A DNA stretch of 64,000 nt from Longimicrobiales bacterium (lineage in GTDB: Bacteria > Gemmatimonadota > Gemmatimonadetes > Longimicrobiales > Gaopeijiaceae), in NCBI GenBank assembly GCA_965248195.1, contig CBDFIQ010000002.1, positions 1,312,001 to 1,376,000 of the forward strand, written 5' to 3'. The first letter of the stretch is position 1. Every line of letters starts with the position of its first letter. The notes beneath the pieces are model-generated. The model worked only from the letters and a program-made list of their open reading frames with translations. It made no database searches and was not told where the DNA came from. Shown here piece by piece: positions 10,870 to 21,912 of the stretch. Made by a program: the position numbers and the translations under genes.

Positions 10870-12312
10870 ATGACGATACAAGTTCGCTTCGCTCCCTCTC
10901 CTACGGGATTCCTTCACGTCGGCGGCGCCCGTACCGCTCTCTTCAACTGGTTGTTCGCCCGGCACCACGGAGGCGTGTTCGTCCTCCGTATCGAGGATAC
11001 CGACCGCGACCGCTCCAAGCCCGAGCATACCGAGGCCATCCTGGGAGCTCTTCGCTGGTTGGGTCTCGATTGGGATGAGGGTCCCTTGTTCCAGAGCGAT
11101 GGGGGGGACCGTCACCGAGCCGACGCACAGAGGTTGTTGGAAGCGGGGCTCGCCTACCGGGATTTCACCACCGCGCAGGAGCTGGCGACGGCAAGGGAGT
11201 CGGCCAAGGAGGAAGGAGCCGATCGCCGTCTTCCGAGGCGCCGGGCAGAGGCCCTACCGACCGGTGAGGCGGAGGAGCGTGCCGAGGGCGGAGAGCACCA
11301 CGCCGTTCGGTTTCTGGTCCCTGAGGGAGAGACTGTGTGGGAAGATATGGTCCACGAGGAGATGCGATTTCAGAATACGGACATCGACGACCTCGTGATC
11401 CTGCGGAGTGACGGCAGACCCACCTACAATCTGGCGGTCGCGTCCGATGATGCGGAGCACCGCATCACCCACGTCATCCGCGGAGACGACCACCTCTCGA
11501 ACACGCCCAAACAAATACTTCTGTCTGAAGCGCTCGGACACCCGGTCCCGACGTTCGGCCACGTGCCGATGATTCTCGGGTCGGACGGGAAAAGGCTCTC
11601 CAAGCGGCACGGCGCCACCTCGGTAGGCGAATACGGGAGTCAGGGCCTCCTCCCTGAGGCCATGGTCAACTTCCTCGCCTTGCTGGGATGGAGTCCAGGG
11701 GACGACCAGGAGGTGATGCGCGTGGAGGAGCTCGTCCAGCGTTTCAGCATGGAGCGTGTTCTCAAGAAGGGGTCGATTTTTGACCTGAAAAAGTTGGACT
11801 GGTTGTCGGGCCAGCACTTCAACGCCAGTACGGCCGAGGCGTTGGAGCCTGCTCTAACGGAAGGGATCGAGGCTGCCGGTCTCACGACGCGAGAGGAGTT
11901 GGAGGAGCGCCGGGAGTGGTACCTGAGCCTCATCGATCTACTGAAGACCAGGGCCCGGCGGATTCCCGACCTGGTCGACCTGGCCCGCCCCTTCCTAGTG
12001 GAGGAGCTGGAATTCGATCCCAAGGCAGTGGCGAAGCACTGGTTGAAAGCGCCCGCCGAGGTCCTCGAACAGCTCATGGCCCTCCGGACAACACTCGAGG
12101 CCGCCACATGGGAGCCGGAGTCCCTGGAAGAGGTGATTCGAGGGTATGCCGAGGAAATCTCGGTCGGAGCCGGTAAGGTCATTCACCCCTTAAGGGTAGC
12201 GGTGACCGGGCGCGATGCGAGTCCGGGGATCTTCGAGGTGCTTGCTTTCCTGGGAAGGGTCACCGTGCTGGCTCGACTCGACGACGCGATCGTCCGGCTA
12301 GAAAGCGAGTGA
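10870..12312 (+). CDS. gltX: Glutamate--tRNA ligase
   Basis: RFAPSPTGFLHVGG (HIGH) and LSKR (KMSKS) motifs. Confidence 0.97.
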   Translation: MTIQVRFAPSPTGFLHVGGARTALFNWLFARHHGGVFVLRIEDTDRDRSKPEHTEAILGALRWLGLDWDEGPLFQSDGGDRHRADAQRLLEAGLAYRDFTTAQELATARESAKEEGADRRLPRRRAEALPTGEAEERAEGGEHHAVRFLVPEGETVWEDMVHEEMRFQNTDIDDLVILRSDGRPTYNLAVASDDAEHRITHVIRGDDHLSNTPKQILLSEALGHPVPTFGHVPMILGSDGKRLSKRHGATSVGEYGSQGLLPEAMVNFLALLGWSPGDDQEVMRVEELVQRFSMERVLKKGSIFDLKKLDWLSGQHFNASTAEALEPALTEGIEAAGLTTREELEERREWYLSLIDLLKTRARRIPDLVDLARPFLVEELEFDPKAVAKHWLKAPAEVLEQLMALRTTLEAATWEPESLEEVIRGYAEEISVGAGKVIHPLRVAVTGRDASPGIFEVLAFLGRVTVLARLDDAIVRLESE

Positions 12313-12486
12313 GCCGTTCTCAGGCGCCGACGCCTCCCGCCTTTCTTGACGAGGTGGATCGTCTCGCATTAGGATAGCCCCCTCCTAGCAAACAACGCTC
12401 TTTCAAAGTTGGGAACAGGTGTTTATTCTGGAATTAAGCAGATCTCTATCAAAACGCCTGAACACGGCGCACCGTTGGAGTCCCGG

Positions 12487-13140
12487 ATGGAGCAAAGCAT
12501 CACCGAAATCGAGAGGAAGATTCTCGACTTCATGGTGCACTACCTCCGGAGCAACACGTACCAACCCTCCATTCGTGAAATCGGCGAGCGGTTTGGTATA
12601 AAGAGCACAAAAACTGTCTCCGAACACCTCCAGGCGCTGGCCGACAAGGGCTTCCTCGAACGCGATCCCTCACGTTCCAGGGGGGTCAAGATCCTCGGTG
12701 TCGACCTGAGCGCGCAGACCGTGTCCGTGCCTTGCTACCACGAGCTTCCCCAGGGGCGTGGCGGCCTGAGAACCGAGCAGGCCGAGATGCATCTGACGCT
12801 CGACCGGCGGCTTGCTGGTTCGAAGGGATCGTTCTTCGTCCGTGCTCAGGGGCCGGAGCTGGCGTCTCTCGACATCAGCGAGGGCGACTATCTGCTGGTC
12901 GAGCCGGCGGAGATCGAGGAGTTGGTCGAGGGGGCCATCGTGGTGGCGCGTGTCGAGGGCGGCCCGTCTTTCTATGAATTTTCGAAGAACGGGCGTAGCG
13001 TCTATTTGATGCCGGCCGAAGGGAATGGCCCCACGACGGCTATCGAGGATCCCGACAAACTTCATTTGATCGGGCGGGTGGTCGCGCTGTACCGCCGGTT
13101 CGACGACGCTTCGATTCTGGTCAGTGCGACGGCCCACTGA
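12487..13140 (+). CDS. lexA: LexA-like repressor; winged HTH intact, peptidase domain degenerate
   Basis: PSIREIG..FGIKS..TV..HLQALADKGFLER...SRGV LexA HTH; the S24-like C-domain lacks the Ala-Gly site, GxSM Ser and TVKR Lys. Confidence 0.75.
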   Translation: MEQSITEIERKILDFMVHYLRSNTYQPSIREIGERFGIKSTKTVSEHLQALADKGFLERDPSRSRGVKILGVDLSAQTVSVPCYHELPQGRGGLRTEQAEMHLTLDRRLAGSKGSFFVRAQGPELASLDISEGDYLLVEPAEIEELVEGAIVVARVEGGPSFYEFSKNGRSVYLMPAEGNGPTTAIEDPDKLHLIGRVVALYRRFDDASILVSATAH

Positions 13141-13210
13141 GTGATGTGCGAAGCGGGTTTCGCACGACACTAACCTCACCACCCCTCCTTTTGCCGGGGG
13201 GCGCTTCCCG

Positions 13211-13678
13211 ATGGAGACTGCACCACCGAGTGACGTCCAGTGGATGACCCGCGCCTTGGAGTTGGCCGAATCGGCCGCCTCCAGAGGAGAGGTTCCGGTT
13301 GGCGCTGTACTCACCAAGGACCAAGAGATCGTGGCGGAGGGACATAACCTCACGGTCACTTGCAATGACCCGACCGCTCACGCCGAGGTAGTGGTCATCC
13401 GGGAAGCGGCTCAGAAATTGGGCGACTGGCGGCTCACCGGATGCACGCTCTACGTGACGTTGGAGCCTTGCGCGATGTGCTCGGGTGCGTTGGTTTTATC
13501 TCGAGTCAGGCGGCTCGTCTTCGGGGCTTGGGACCCCAAGGCGGGCATGGTGGGAAGTCTGGGCAACCTGGTTCAAGACGAACGGCTGAATCATCGGATC
13601 GAGGTGACAGGTGGAACGCTCGCTGATGCGTCGGGTGATCTTCTCAAGGCTTTTTTCCAGGCGCGCCGTGGAGCGTGA
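13211..13678 (+). CDS. tadA: tRNA adenosine(34) deaminase
   Basis: GEVPVGA, DPTAHAE and TLEPCAMC motifs. Confidence 0.95.
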   Translation: METAPPSDVQWMTRALELAESAASRGEVPVGAVLTKDQEIVAEGHNLTVTCNDPTAHAEVVVIREAAQKLGDWRLTGCTLYVTLEPCAMCSGALVLSRVRRLVFGAWDPKAGMVGSLGNLVQDERLNHRIEVTGGTLADASGDLLKAFFQARRGA

Positions 13679-14981
13679 ACTCCTGGTTGCGGCCAGTCTG
13701 CTCGCTGCGGCTTGCCAGACCGTGGGCGCCCCCCGCGCACCCATCTCCGTGACCGCCGTTGCCGTGCCGGTTGATGAAGCTGTCGACGTGGTCAGGGCCG
13801 CCGGGCCTAGCTCGACGTCCCCCCGAATCTCGGAGACTCGCGGGCTCTGGGTCGTCCGGTCCACGCTCGTCCATCCCGACTCCGTGCGGGCAATGGTGGC
13901 AAGAGCAGCGGGCGCGGGCTTCAATACCCTACTGGTTCAGGTCCGAGGTAGGGGGGACGCCTACTACTCGGGTGGGATCGAGCCCAGAGCCGACGGGATC
14001 CAGGACCAACCGGCATTCGATCCGCTCGCCCTGACCCTTAGAGAGGCACACGCGCGGGGCATCGAGGTCCACGCCTGGATGAACGTCCACCTGATTTCGA
14101 GCGCATCCGTGATTTCCCGAGCCCCGAGGCATCTGGTGAATTCCCGTCCGGGACTCTTGGCTGTCCCCCAGGAGCTCGCCAGAGAACTGTATGACGTGGA
14201 TCCTGCATCCGCTCGCTACTTCGAGCGGCTCGTGGCGCACGCGATGGCCAACCCCGATGGCGTCGAGGGGCTCTACACGAGCCCGTCGGCTCCGGAGGTG
14301 AAGGAGCGAGTGTACGCGGTCGCTATGGACCTCGTGGAGCGATACGAGATCGACGGCATTCACCTCGACTATGTTCGCTATCCAAGCGCGGCATTCGACT
14401 ACTCCCGGGGTGCGCTCGAGCGATTTCGAAGTTGGATTGACGGACGGATCACGGACGATCAGCGAGCCGAATTCGTTTCGGCCTCCGAGCAGAGTCCGCT
14501 GGCGTTCGTGGAGGCGTTCCCTGAGCCCTGGGCCGAGTTCCGGAGAGATCAGATCACGGATCTGGTCGAGAGAATCTATGTGGGAGTGAAGCGTAGGCGC
14601 CCGGAGGTGCTCGTCTCGGCTGCGGTTTTTCCCGATGCGCGGGAATCCTTCCTTCACCGCTATCAGGATTGGGAGGAATGGCTCCGCAGGGGGATCGTCG
14701 ATGTGGTGGCGCCGATGGCCTACAACCCGGACGACGGCTTGTTCGACCAAGCCATCTCCCACGCAGCGGAAGTCGGCGGACCGGAACGGGTCTGGGCTGG
14801 CGTAGGAGCCTATCTGACCACGTACGAGGGCACACTCAGTAAGATCGACATCACTCAGCGTATCGGGGTACGGGGCTTCTTACTCTTTTCTTACGATTGG
14901 TCGGTGGCCTACGGACCGGCCGCGGGTGGGCAGCCGTTCCTCGAACGGGTGGGCCGTGGGGCTCCGACGCTCAATCGCTGA
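13668..14981 (+). CDS. GHL10 (YddW/DigH-like) glycoside hydrolase lipoprotein
   Basis: Lipobox LAAAC; RGLWV, QVRGRGDAYY, EVHAW, DGIHLDYVRYP and QDWEEW motifs. Confidence 0.85.
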   Translation: MERELLVAASLLAAACQTVGAPRAPISVTAVAVPVDEAVDVVRAAGPSSTSPRISETRGLWVVRSTLVHPDSVRAMVARAAGAGFNTLLVQVRGRGDAYYSGGIEPRADGIQDQPAFDPLALTLREAHARGIEVHAWMNVHLISSASVISRAPRHLVNSRPGLLAVPQELARELYDVDPASARYFERLVAHAMANPDGVEGLYTSPSAPEVKERVYAVAMDLVERYEIDGIHLDYVRYPSAAFDYSRGALERFRSWIDGRITDDQRAEFVSASEQSPLAFVEAFPEPWAEFRRDQITDLVERIYVGVKRRRPEVLVSAAVFPDARESFLHRYQDWEEWLRRGIVDVVAPMAYNPDDGLFDQAISHAAEVGGPERVWAGVGAYLTTYEGTLSKIDITQRIGVRGFLLFSYDWSVAYGPAAGGQPFLERVGRGAPTLNR

Positions 14982-15012
14982 CCGGCCGGAAGCTTCACGA
15001 GGGCTGCGCTCC

Positions 15013-17031
15013 TCACCCCTCCGCCCCTGACCCCTCCGGTACGGCGGTGCCAAACAACTTCAAGCCCCCTGCAAGAATCGCGATCGAACCGAGGAGAGCG
15101 ACCCAGACCGGCAGTCCCACCGCGGTGCCGACGTCGCCCACCACCATCGCGAGCAGCGCCACCACTAAGGCATAGGGCATTTGCGTCTTCACGTGGTCCA
15201 GGTGATCGCACGCCGCAGCTGTAGAGCTGAGTACGGTCGTGTCTGAGATGGGCGAACAGTGGTCCCCGAAAATGGCACCCGCGAGTGCCGAGCTGATGGC
15301 TCCCAACAGGATGGAGTATTCTCCGCCCGCCCCGAAACCCTCTGCACCACCCAGCGTCACCGTCAAGGGGATCACCAGCGGGATCATGATGGCCATGGTC
15401 GCCCAAGAGGTGCCGGTCGCGAACGCCATGGCGGCCGAAGTCAGGAACACGAGCACGGGGATGACTTGAAGTGGCACCGAGTCGTTCAGGATTTGTGCGA
15501 CGTACTGAGCTGTACTCAGATCCTCGGTCACCTGGCCGAGGGACCAGGCCAGCGTCAGGATGACCATCGCCAGAAACATCCCCTTCATGCCGGCCACCCA
15601 TGCGTTCAGCGCCTCCTGGACGGTCAAGATCCGCTGCACCACCGAAAGTGCGATTCCTACGACGCACCCCGCCATGGATCCCCAAAGAAGCGTCACGAAG
15701 GGGTCGGCCGCGCCGAAGATGTCCATCAAGGATGCGTCCGCGCTTGTCGAGGCGCGTCCAGACGTATACAGCCCCCCCAGGACGACCAGGATGACCGTGA
15801 TGATGGGGATCGCCGCATTGTGCCACCGAGGCCTCACTCCTTCGGGCGGCGTCACCTGAGACTCGGTCATGTCCACCGGGAGCTGCGCCCCGGACCGATG
15901 AAGCCCTCCGCCTGAAGCGGCGCGCCGCTCTGCTGCCGCCATCGGTCCGAAGTCCCGGTTCATCACGGACGTGAGAAACACGAACGCGAGTGCCAGGAGC
16001 GCATAGAACCGGTATGGGATCGTGCTGATGAATACCGCGAACGGACTGATCGATGTCAGCGTTGCAGCCAATGCCGGGTCGACGCCGGGCTGCTGTGCCG
16101 CGATGCTCATGCCGTCCGCGATCAGCGAGATTTCGTAACCCACCCACGTGGAGATCGGGAACAGAGCGGCCACGGGAGCGGCGGTCGAGTCGACGATGTA
16201 CGCGAGCTTTTCGCGGGAGATCTTGAGGCGATCCGTGATCGGTCGCATGGTGTTCCCGACGATCAACGTGTTGGCGTAGTCGTCGAAAAAGATGGCCAGG
16301 CCGGCGATCCACGTGGCGATCTTGCCGCGCCGGCTCGTACTGGCGAAGGGGCTTACGGCATCGACGATCCCCTGTGTGCCGCCGTTTCTCGAGACGATCC
16401 CGACGAGGCCTCCCAGCAAGAGGGAGAACACGACGATCTGCGTGTGTCCTCCTTCCATGTCGCCGAGCGCCGGAACGGCGTAAAGGTCGATCGTGCGCCA
16501 TGCAGCAGAGAGAGGGTCATACCCTGCCACCGCGAGCGCACCCAGCCACACACCGGCTAGAAGCGCTGTGATCACCTCCTTGAAGAGCAACGCGAGAAGG
16601 ATGGCCACCACAGGGGGGGCGAGGGAGAACCAGCCCGGCGCGAAAGGACGCGACACCTCTTCGCTCACCTGCCCGAGTTGGACCGTGAGCGGGAGCCCGC
16701 CCCGGCTGGACACCACCAGGTCGCTCACAGTGACCGTTCCACCGGCTCCGACGGAACCCGATCCCAAGACCACCCCCTGCGCGTCCCGCACCTCGAAGTC
16801 GACCGTGGAGCCGGCAGCTCCCTGGAGATCGAGCGAGAAAGGCACGCCTCCAAGGATGACCCTCGGGCCATTGACGACCTGGGGAGCGTCAGAGGTTTCC
16901 TGAGCCGACAGCGACACCGCCGAGGGACAAAGCGTCGAGACCCCGATCAGAAGCCCCAAGGCGCCAATTTTAATGCACTTCGAGGGGCTTGCAGCGGTCA
17001 AAAGACGACCGCGTTCGGAGCTCAGAAGCAT
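15013..17031 (-). CDS. NhaC-family Na+/H+ antiporter-like transporter with N-terminal extracellular domain
   Basis: IFFDDYAN, SREKLAYIVDSTAAP, FATGTSW and GDHCSPISDTT motifs; start uncertain. Confidence 0.88.
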   Translation of the reverse strand: MLLSSERGRLLTAASPSKCIKIGALGLLIGVSTLCPSAVSLSAQETSDAPQVVNGPRVILGGVPFSLDLQGAAGSTVDFEVRDAQGVVLGSGSVGAGGTVTVSDLVVSSRGGLPLTVQLGQVSEEVSRPFAPGWFSLAPPVVAILLALLFKEVITALLAGVWLGALAVAGYDPLSAAWRTIDLYAVPALGDMEGGHTQIVVFSLLLGGLVGIVSRNGGTQGIVDAVSPFASTSRRGKIATWIAGLAIFFDDYANTLIVGNTMRPITDRLKISREKLAYIVDSTAAPVAALFPISTWVGYEISLIADGMSIAAQQPGVDPALAATLTSISPFAVFISTIPYRFYALLALAFVFLTSVMNRDFGPMAAAERRAASGGGLHRSGAQLPVDMTESQVTPPEGVRPRWHNAAIPIITVILVVLGGLYTSGRASTSADASLMDIFGAADPFVTLLWGSMAGCVVGIALSVVQRILTVQEALNAWVAGMKGMFLAMVILTLAWSLGQVTEDLSTAQYVAQILNDSVPLQVIPVLVFLTSAAMAFATGTSWATMAIMIPLVIPLTVTLGGAEGFGAGGEYSILLGAISSALAGAIFGDHCSPISDTTVLSSTAAACDHLDHVKTQMPYALVVALLAMVVGDVGTAVGLPVWVALLGSIAILAGGLKLFGTAVPEGSGAEG

Positions 17032-17196
17032 GAAAGGAACCTTTCGGGGTACCAGATGCGGCTTCAATGGGCGTTCATGATGTCGGGGCGGGATGTCCTT
17101 GTAAAGCGTTGGCGCCTAGTCTACCTTCCGGCGCCTTCGTTAAGTGGGTGAGGGAATCGGGCCTTCGCCAGGAGCTCCTCTCTGCACGTCTCGATC

Positions 17197-17733
17197 ATGG
17201 ACGAACAGGCGGTGCATCGCGCCGTCGCGCGGATGGCTCGTGAGCTCGTGGAGCAAAACGAAGGACCCGCCAATTTGGCCCTCCTGGGTATTCACCGCCG
17301 CGGCGTCCAGATCGCCGACCTCATCCGATCCGAGATCGAACGCGCCGAAGGCGTCAGCGTACCGATCGGATCTCTAGACATCACCCTGTATCGCGACGAT
17401 CTCATGGCCATTGGGCCACGCCCCGTGATCGGTGCGACGGTCCTCCCTGAGGGGGGTGTGGACGAGACGGCGATCGTGATCGTCGACGACGTACTCTTCA
17501 CGGGCCGAACCGTCCGGGCGGCCCTCAACGAACTCATGGACTGGGGCCGGCCGGCGCGGGTCTCGCTCTGCGTCTTGGTGGATCGCGGGGGGCGGGAGAT
17601 TCCGATCCAACCCAACGTCGTGGGAAAGGTCATCACGGTTCTTCCCGACCAGGCCGTAGAGGTGTCCGTCCTGGATCTCGATGGCCGTTGGGGCGTCGAC
17701 ATCGTGCCACTTTCATCGGAGGCGGGGGCTTGA
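17197..17733 (+). CDS. pyrR: Bifunctional pyrimidine regulator / uracil phosphoribosyltransferase
   Basis: [24 protein letters not shown] and [10 protein letters not shown] motifs. Confidence 0.95.
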   Translation: MDEQAVHRAVARMARELVEQNEGPANLALLGIHRRGVQIADLIRSEIERAEGVSVPIGSLDITLYRDDLMAIGPRPVIGATVLPEGGVDETAIVIVDDVLFTGRTVRAALNELMDWGRPARVSLCVLVDRGGREIPIQPNVVGKVITVLPDQAVEVSVLDLDGRWGVDIVPLSSEAGA

Positions 17734-18701
17734 ACCAGCCGAATGCCTCACTCGGCAAGGACCTGGTGGGACTAGAATCTCTCTCCGCCGAGCAGATTCT
17801 CACCGTTCTGAACACCTCCGAGCCCTTCAAGGAAATCTCCGAGCGCCGAATCAAGAAGGTGCCGGTCCTCCGGGGAAAAACGATCGTGAACCTTTTCTTC
17901 GAGGACTCGACGCGCACCCGGGTGTCGTTCGAATTCGCGGAGAAGCGGCTGAGCGCCGACACGGTGAACATTACGTCGACCGGATCGTCGGTGGCCAAAG
18001 GGGAGACGCTGGTCGATACGGCCCGAAACCTCGAGGCGATGCGGATCGACATGGTCGTCGTGCGGCATGGCTCTTCCGGGGCCGCAAAGTTCCTGGCCGA
18101 GCGTATTCCCTCGAACGTGATCAACGCGGGGGACGGCAGCCACGAGCACCCGACCCAGGCGCTCCTCGACATGCTCACGATCCGGGATCACTTCGCCAAG
18201 ATCGAAGCGCTCAAGGTTTGCTTGGTCGGTGACATCCTCCATTCCCGCGTGGCTCGCTCGAATATCTTTGGACTCCTCGCCCTGGGCGCCGAAGTTGCGG
18301 TATGCGGACCCAAGACCCTGCTACCGCTGGGGATCGATGAGCTCGGGGTCACCGTCTTCTCGCACATCGAAGAGGCGATCGAATGGGCCGATGCCCTCAA
18401 CGTGTTGCGTCTTCAGTTGGAGCGGATGGAGGCAGGCTTCCTCCCCAGCTTGCGAGAGTACAATCAGGTCTGGGGCGTCTCACAGGCCAGGCTCGAACAG
18501 GCACCAAAGGAGTTGTTGATCCTCCATCCCGGGCCCATGAACCGCGGAGTCGAGATCGATAGCGACGTGGCCGACGGGCCCCACGCCGTGATTCTCCAGC
18601 AGGTGACGAACGGGGTAGCGGTCCGGATGGCGGTTCTCTATCTACTCGCGGGGGGCGCACCCGACACGGCCGAGGCGGCCAAGGGAGGAGCAGAGGTTTG
18701 A
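17730..18701 (+). CDS. pyrB: Aspartate carbamoyltransferase catalytic subunit
   Basis: [23 protein letters not shown] and HPGPMNRG motifs; TTG start overlapping the pyrR stop. Confidence 0.96.
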   Translation: MNQPNASLGKDLVGLESLSAEQILTVLNTSEPFKEISERRIKKVPVLRGKTIVNLFFEDSTRTRVSFEFAEKRLSADTVNITSTGSSVAKGETLVDTARNLEAMRIDMVVVRHGSSGAAKFLAERIPSNVINAGDGSHEHPTQALLDMLTIRDHFAKIEALKVCLVGDILHSRVARSNIFGLLALGAEVAVCGPKTLLPLGIDELGVTVFSHIEEAIEWADALNVLRLQLERMEAGFLPSLREYNQVWGVSQARLEQAPKELLILHPGPMNRGVEIDSDVADGPHAVILQQVTNGVAVRMAVLYLLAGGAPDTAEAAKGGAEV

Positions 18702-19990
18702 GCGGCCCCCTACTGATCCGGGGGGGACGGGTCATCGACCCCAGCCAAGCGATCGACGCCGCGCGTGACGTCCTCGTGGTGGATGGAGTCGTCGCCGGCG
18801 TCGGTGAGGGGATCGAGGCGCCCGAGGGCGCCCGCGAGATCGACGCGGCGGGACTCGTCGTGACGCCGGGCCTGATCGACGTCCACGTCCATCTCCGCGA
18901 GCCTGGGGGGGAGCACAAAGAGACGATCGCGACCGGTGCAAGGGCGGCGGCGGCGGGCGGATTCACGGCCGTGTGCGCCATGCCGAACACGGACCCGGTC
19001 GTGGACGACCCGGCGGGCGTGGGTTTCGTTCTTGCTCAAGGTGCGGCCGCGGGGGCGGCGCGCGTCTACCCGATGGGGGCCATCTCGGTGGGGCAGGAGG
19101 GCAAGCAGCTCGCGGCCATCGGCGAGATGTTCGAGGCCGGGGCGGTGGGCATTACCGACGATGGGAACCCTGTCATGGACTCGGGGCTCATGCGCAGAGC
19201 GTTGGATTACGCCCAGGCGTTCGGCATTCCGGTCGCGGATCACCCCGAAGATCTGGGGCTCTCGGGTGTAGGCGTCATGAACGAGGGACTGGTGGCCACG
19301 AGGCTCGGTCTCCACGGGAAGCCGAACGCCTCGGAGGACGTACACATCGTCCGGGACCTGCTGCTCGCCGACCTCACGGGGGGACACATCCACCTCCAGC
19401 ACGTCTCCACGGAGTACGGAGTAGATGCGATCCGGCTGGCCAAGACTCGGGGCGTGCGCGTCACGGCCGAGGCCACCCCGCACCACCTCATCCTCACGGA
19501 CGAGCGCATCGAGGGTTTCGACACCGACGCTAAAATGAACCCGCCGCTCCGCTCTTTGACGGACCGTGAAGCGGTCCGCGAGGGGTTGGCCGATGGGACT
19601 CTAGATGTCTTCGCGACGGACCATGCTCCCCATCATTACGATGAAAAGGAGCAGGCGTTCGCGGACGCACCCAACGGGATCATCGGGCTGGAGACCGCGT
19701 TGGGACTCGGGCTTACTTATTTGGTCGGAGAAGGATTCATCGACCTTCCTACGCTCATCCATCGGATGAGCGTAGGCCCGGCGGAGGCCTTCGGTCTGCC
19801 CGGAGGAACGCTGGCCGCTGGCTCGCCCGGTGACGTCACGATCATCGATCCAGAAGAAGCGTGGACGGTCGATCCGGACGGGTTTCTGTCCAAGAGCCGA
19901 AACACGCCCTTTCACGGGTGGGATCTGAGGGGGCGAGCGCGCTACACGATTGTCGGGGGTGAGATTGTCTGGGAGGCGGATCGGGGGTAG
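18698..19990 (+). CDS. pyrC: Dihydroorotase
   Basis: [21 protein letters not shown] and TDHAPH motifs; operon with pyrB. Confidence 0.95.
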   Translation: MSGPLLIRGGRVIDPSQAIDAARDVLVVDGVVAGVGEGIEAPEGAREIDAAGLVVTPGLIDVHVHLREPGGEHKETIATGARAAAAGGFTAVCAMPNTDPVVDDPAGVGFVLAQGAAAGAARVYPMGAISVGQEGKQLAAIGEMFEAGAVGITDDGNPVMDSGLMRRALDYAQAFGIPVADHPEDLGLSGVGVMNEGLVATRLGLHGKPNASEDVHIVRDLLLADLTGGHIHLQHVSTEYGVDAIRLAKTRGVRVTAEATPHHLILTDERIEGFDTDAKMNPPLRSLTDREAVREGLADGTLDVFATDHAPHHYDEKEQAFADAPNGIIGLETALGLGLTYLVGEGFIDLPTLIHRMSVGPAEAFGLPGGTLAAGSPGDVTIIDPEEAWTVDPDGFLSKSRNTPFHGWDLRGRARYTIVGGEIVWEADRG

Positions 19991-20025
19991 GGCCCTAAGT
20001 GATGGTCGATCTGGTGGTCGATCTC

Positions 20026-20280
20026 TCAGCTCATCGCGCGGACCCTGCGGGTCAGATTGCTCTTCATCCGAGCCACGGTATTTGGGTGGAGGAGGTGCCG
20101 TGTGGCAGCCCGATCGAGAAGGATCTGCACCCTCCGGTACTCGACTTCGGCCGTCTTCGCGTTCTTGGCGTTTTCGACGCGCTTCACTGCCGTCCGAAGC
20201 CTGGACCGTGCGGCGCGGTTACGAGCGTTTGCATTTCGGCTCAAGCCGACGCGCTTTTTCGCACTCTTGAGATTCGGCAA
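20026..20280 (-). CDS. rpsT: 30S ribosomal protein S20
   Basis: (M)PNLKSAKKRV...RSRLRTAVK...LHPNTVARMKS; TTG start. Confidence 0.93.
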   Translation of the reverse strand: MPNLKSAKKRVGLSRNANARNRAARSRLRTAVKRVENAKNAKTAEVEYRRVQILLDRAATRHLLHPNTVARMKSNLTRRVRAMS

Positions 20281-20458
20281 TTCGGTTCTTTCGACCCTCT
20301 GGCTTCTGGCCAACACCTACGCTCAGGTTCAGCGGAAAGTATAGACGAAACGCAAGAACCCATCAAGAACCGTGTGGATAAGGGAGGGACCTGACCGATC
20401 TCCCACCGATAGGCCGGCCGGTCTAGACGTCTCTCACCGCCACGGATACCTTCCCGCC

Positions 20459-21112
20459 ATGTTGCTCTTGTCGGTTCTCCCAGTACTCATTTTCTCGATC
20501 GTTGTCCATGAGGTCGCGCACGCGTGGGTAGCTCTCAAGGAAGGTGACGACACGGCCCAATCGCTAGGTCGGATCACGCTCAATCCCCTCTCACATTTGG
20601 ATCCGATCGGATCGTTTCTCGTTCCGGTGGTCCTGTTCTTCATGCCCGGTGGCATTATTTTCGGATGGGCCAAACCGGTCCCGATCGATCCCCGGAAATT
20701 CCGTGACTTCCGCGGCGGAGACATCCGCGTTTCTCTCGCTGGCATCGTCTCGAATCTGATTTTGGCGGTCGTCTTTACGCTCATGACCGTGGTTTTCATC
20801 AACCTTCAGGGCGCCTTCCCCCTCGGGGAATCAACCTTTGGCTTTCTGATTCGGACGGCACGGTTCGGCGTGCTGATCAACTTGATCCTCGCCATCTTCA
20901 ACCTTGTCCCGATTCCACCACTCGATGGTTCCCATGTGGTTTACCACTTCTTGCCCCGAGCATGGCGCACGGCGTACCAGCGGGCCGGACGCTATGGGAT
21001 TTTGGTCATCATCGGGCTTGCGTATTTCTATCCCCCCTTCTTCACCATCGTCCTGTGGCCGGTCTTCGCCCTCTTCGGCCTCGCCGATACCTTCATCGAC
21101 CTGTGGACCTAG
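20459..21112 (+). CDS. Site-2 (M50) membrane metalloprotease
   Basis: HEVAH, GRITLNP and FNLVPIPPLDG motifs. Confidence 0.93.
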   Translation: MLLLSVLPVLIFSIVVHEVAHAWVALKEGDDTAQSLGRITLNPLSHLDPIGSFLVPVVLFFMPGGIIFGWAKPVPIDPRKFRDFRGGDIRVSLAGIVSNLILAVVFTLMTVVFINLQGAFPLGESTFGFLIRTARFGVLINLILAIFNLVPIPPLDGSHVVYHFLPRAWRTAYQRAGRYGILVIIGLAYFYPPFFTIVLWPVFALFGLADTFIDLWT

Positions 21113-21912
21113 CCGTCACCGAGAGTCCCCTCGAGCAGGAGGACTTTCTTGTCATCGACATCGAGCGCTTTCAGGGGCCGCTCGACCTGCTGCTGCACCT
21201 CATCCGTCAGCAGGACATCGATGTCTTCGAAATCCCCGTCGCCCGGATCACCCGTCAATTCCTGGCCGCCATCGAAGGGATCGAGGCCAAGGATCTGGAC
21301 AACGCTGGAGAATTCATCGAAATGGCGGCCGGGCTCATCCACATCAAGGCCCAGATGCTCCTGCCGAGGCATGGGGAGACGGAAGACGAGGACCCGAGGG
21401 CCGAGCTCGTCCGCCGTCTTCTCGAATATGAACAGATCCGAGACATCAGCCAGCTGCTGGCCAGTGCGGAGGCCGAGCGGGCCCGCAGATTCGGGAAGGG
21501 GTTCCTGGAGCCACGTCCGCGCCCCCCGATGGCAGAAACGCCGTTGGAGACGACCTGGGATGACGTATTCGCGGCCGCCCTCCTCGTTACGCCGCCGGAT
21601 CCGGAAATTCGAACTCACCGGGTTACCACCCCTCCCGTGGCGATGGAAGACAAAATGAACCTGATCCTCGGCACGCTCGATCGAGTGCGGCGGATCGAGT
21701 TCAGCCGGTTGGTGAGGCCCTTCAAAAGCCGCACACATGGCGTCATGACGCTGCTTGCGGGGCTGGAGCTTACACGGAGGCGGCGTGTGCGGCTGCGACA
21801 GGTAAAGATGTTCTCGGAGTTGTGGATGTATGCGGGCGTCGAGGGAAGTGAGGCGTCGACGGGTAAGGAAGATACGGCGGTACAGAAAGATAACGCGCTG
21901 GAGGCATCATGA
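21103..21912 (+). CDS. scpA: Segregation/condensation protein A
   Basis: FQGPLDLLLHLI and DPRAELVRRLLEYE motifs; adjacent to scpB. Confidence 0.92.
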   Translation: MDLAVTESPLEQEDFLVIDIERFQGPLDLLLHLIRQQDIDVFEIPVARITRQFLAAIEGIEAKDLDNAGEFIEMAAGLIHIKAQMLLPRHGETEDEDPRAELVRRLLEYEQIRDISQLLASAEAERARRFGKGFLEPRPRPPMAETPLETTWDDVFAAALLVTPPDPEIRTHRVTTPPVAMEDKMNLILGTLDRVRRIEFSRLVRPFKSRTHGVMTLLAGLELTRRRRVRLRQVKMFSELWMYAGVEGSEASTGKEDTAVQKDNALEAS

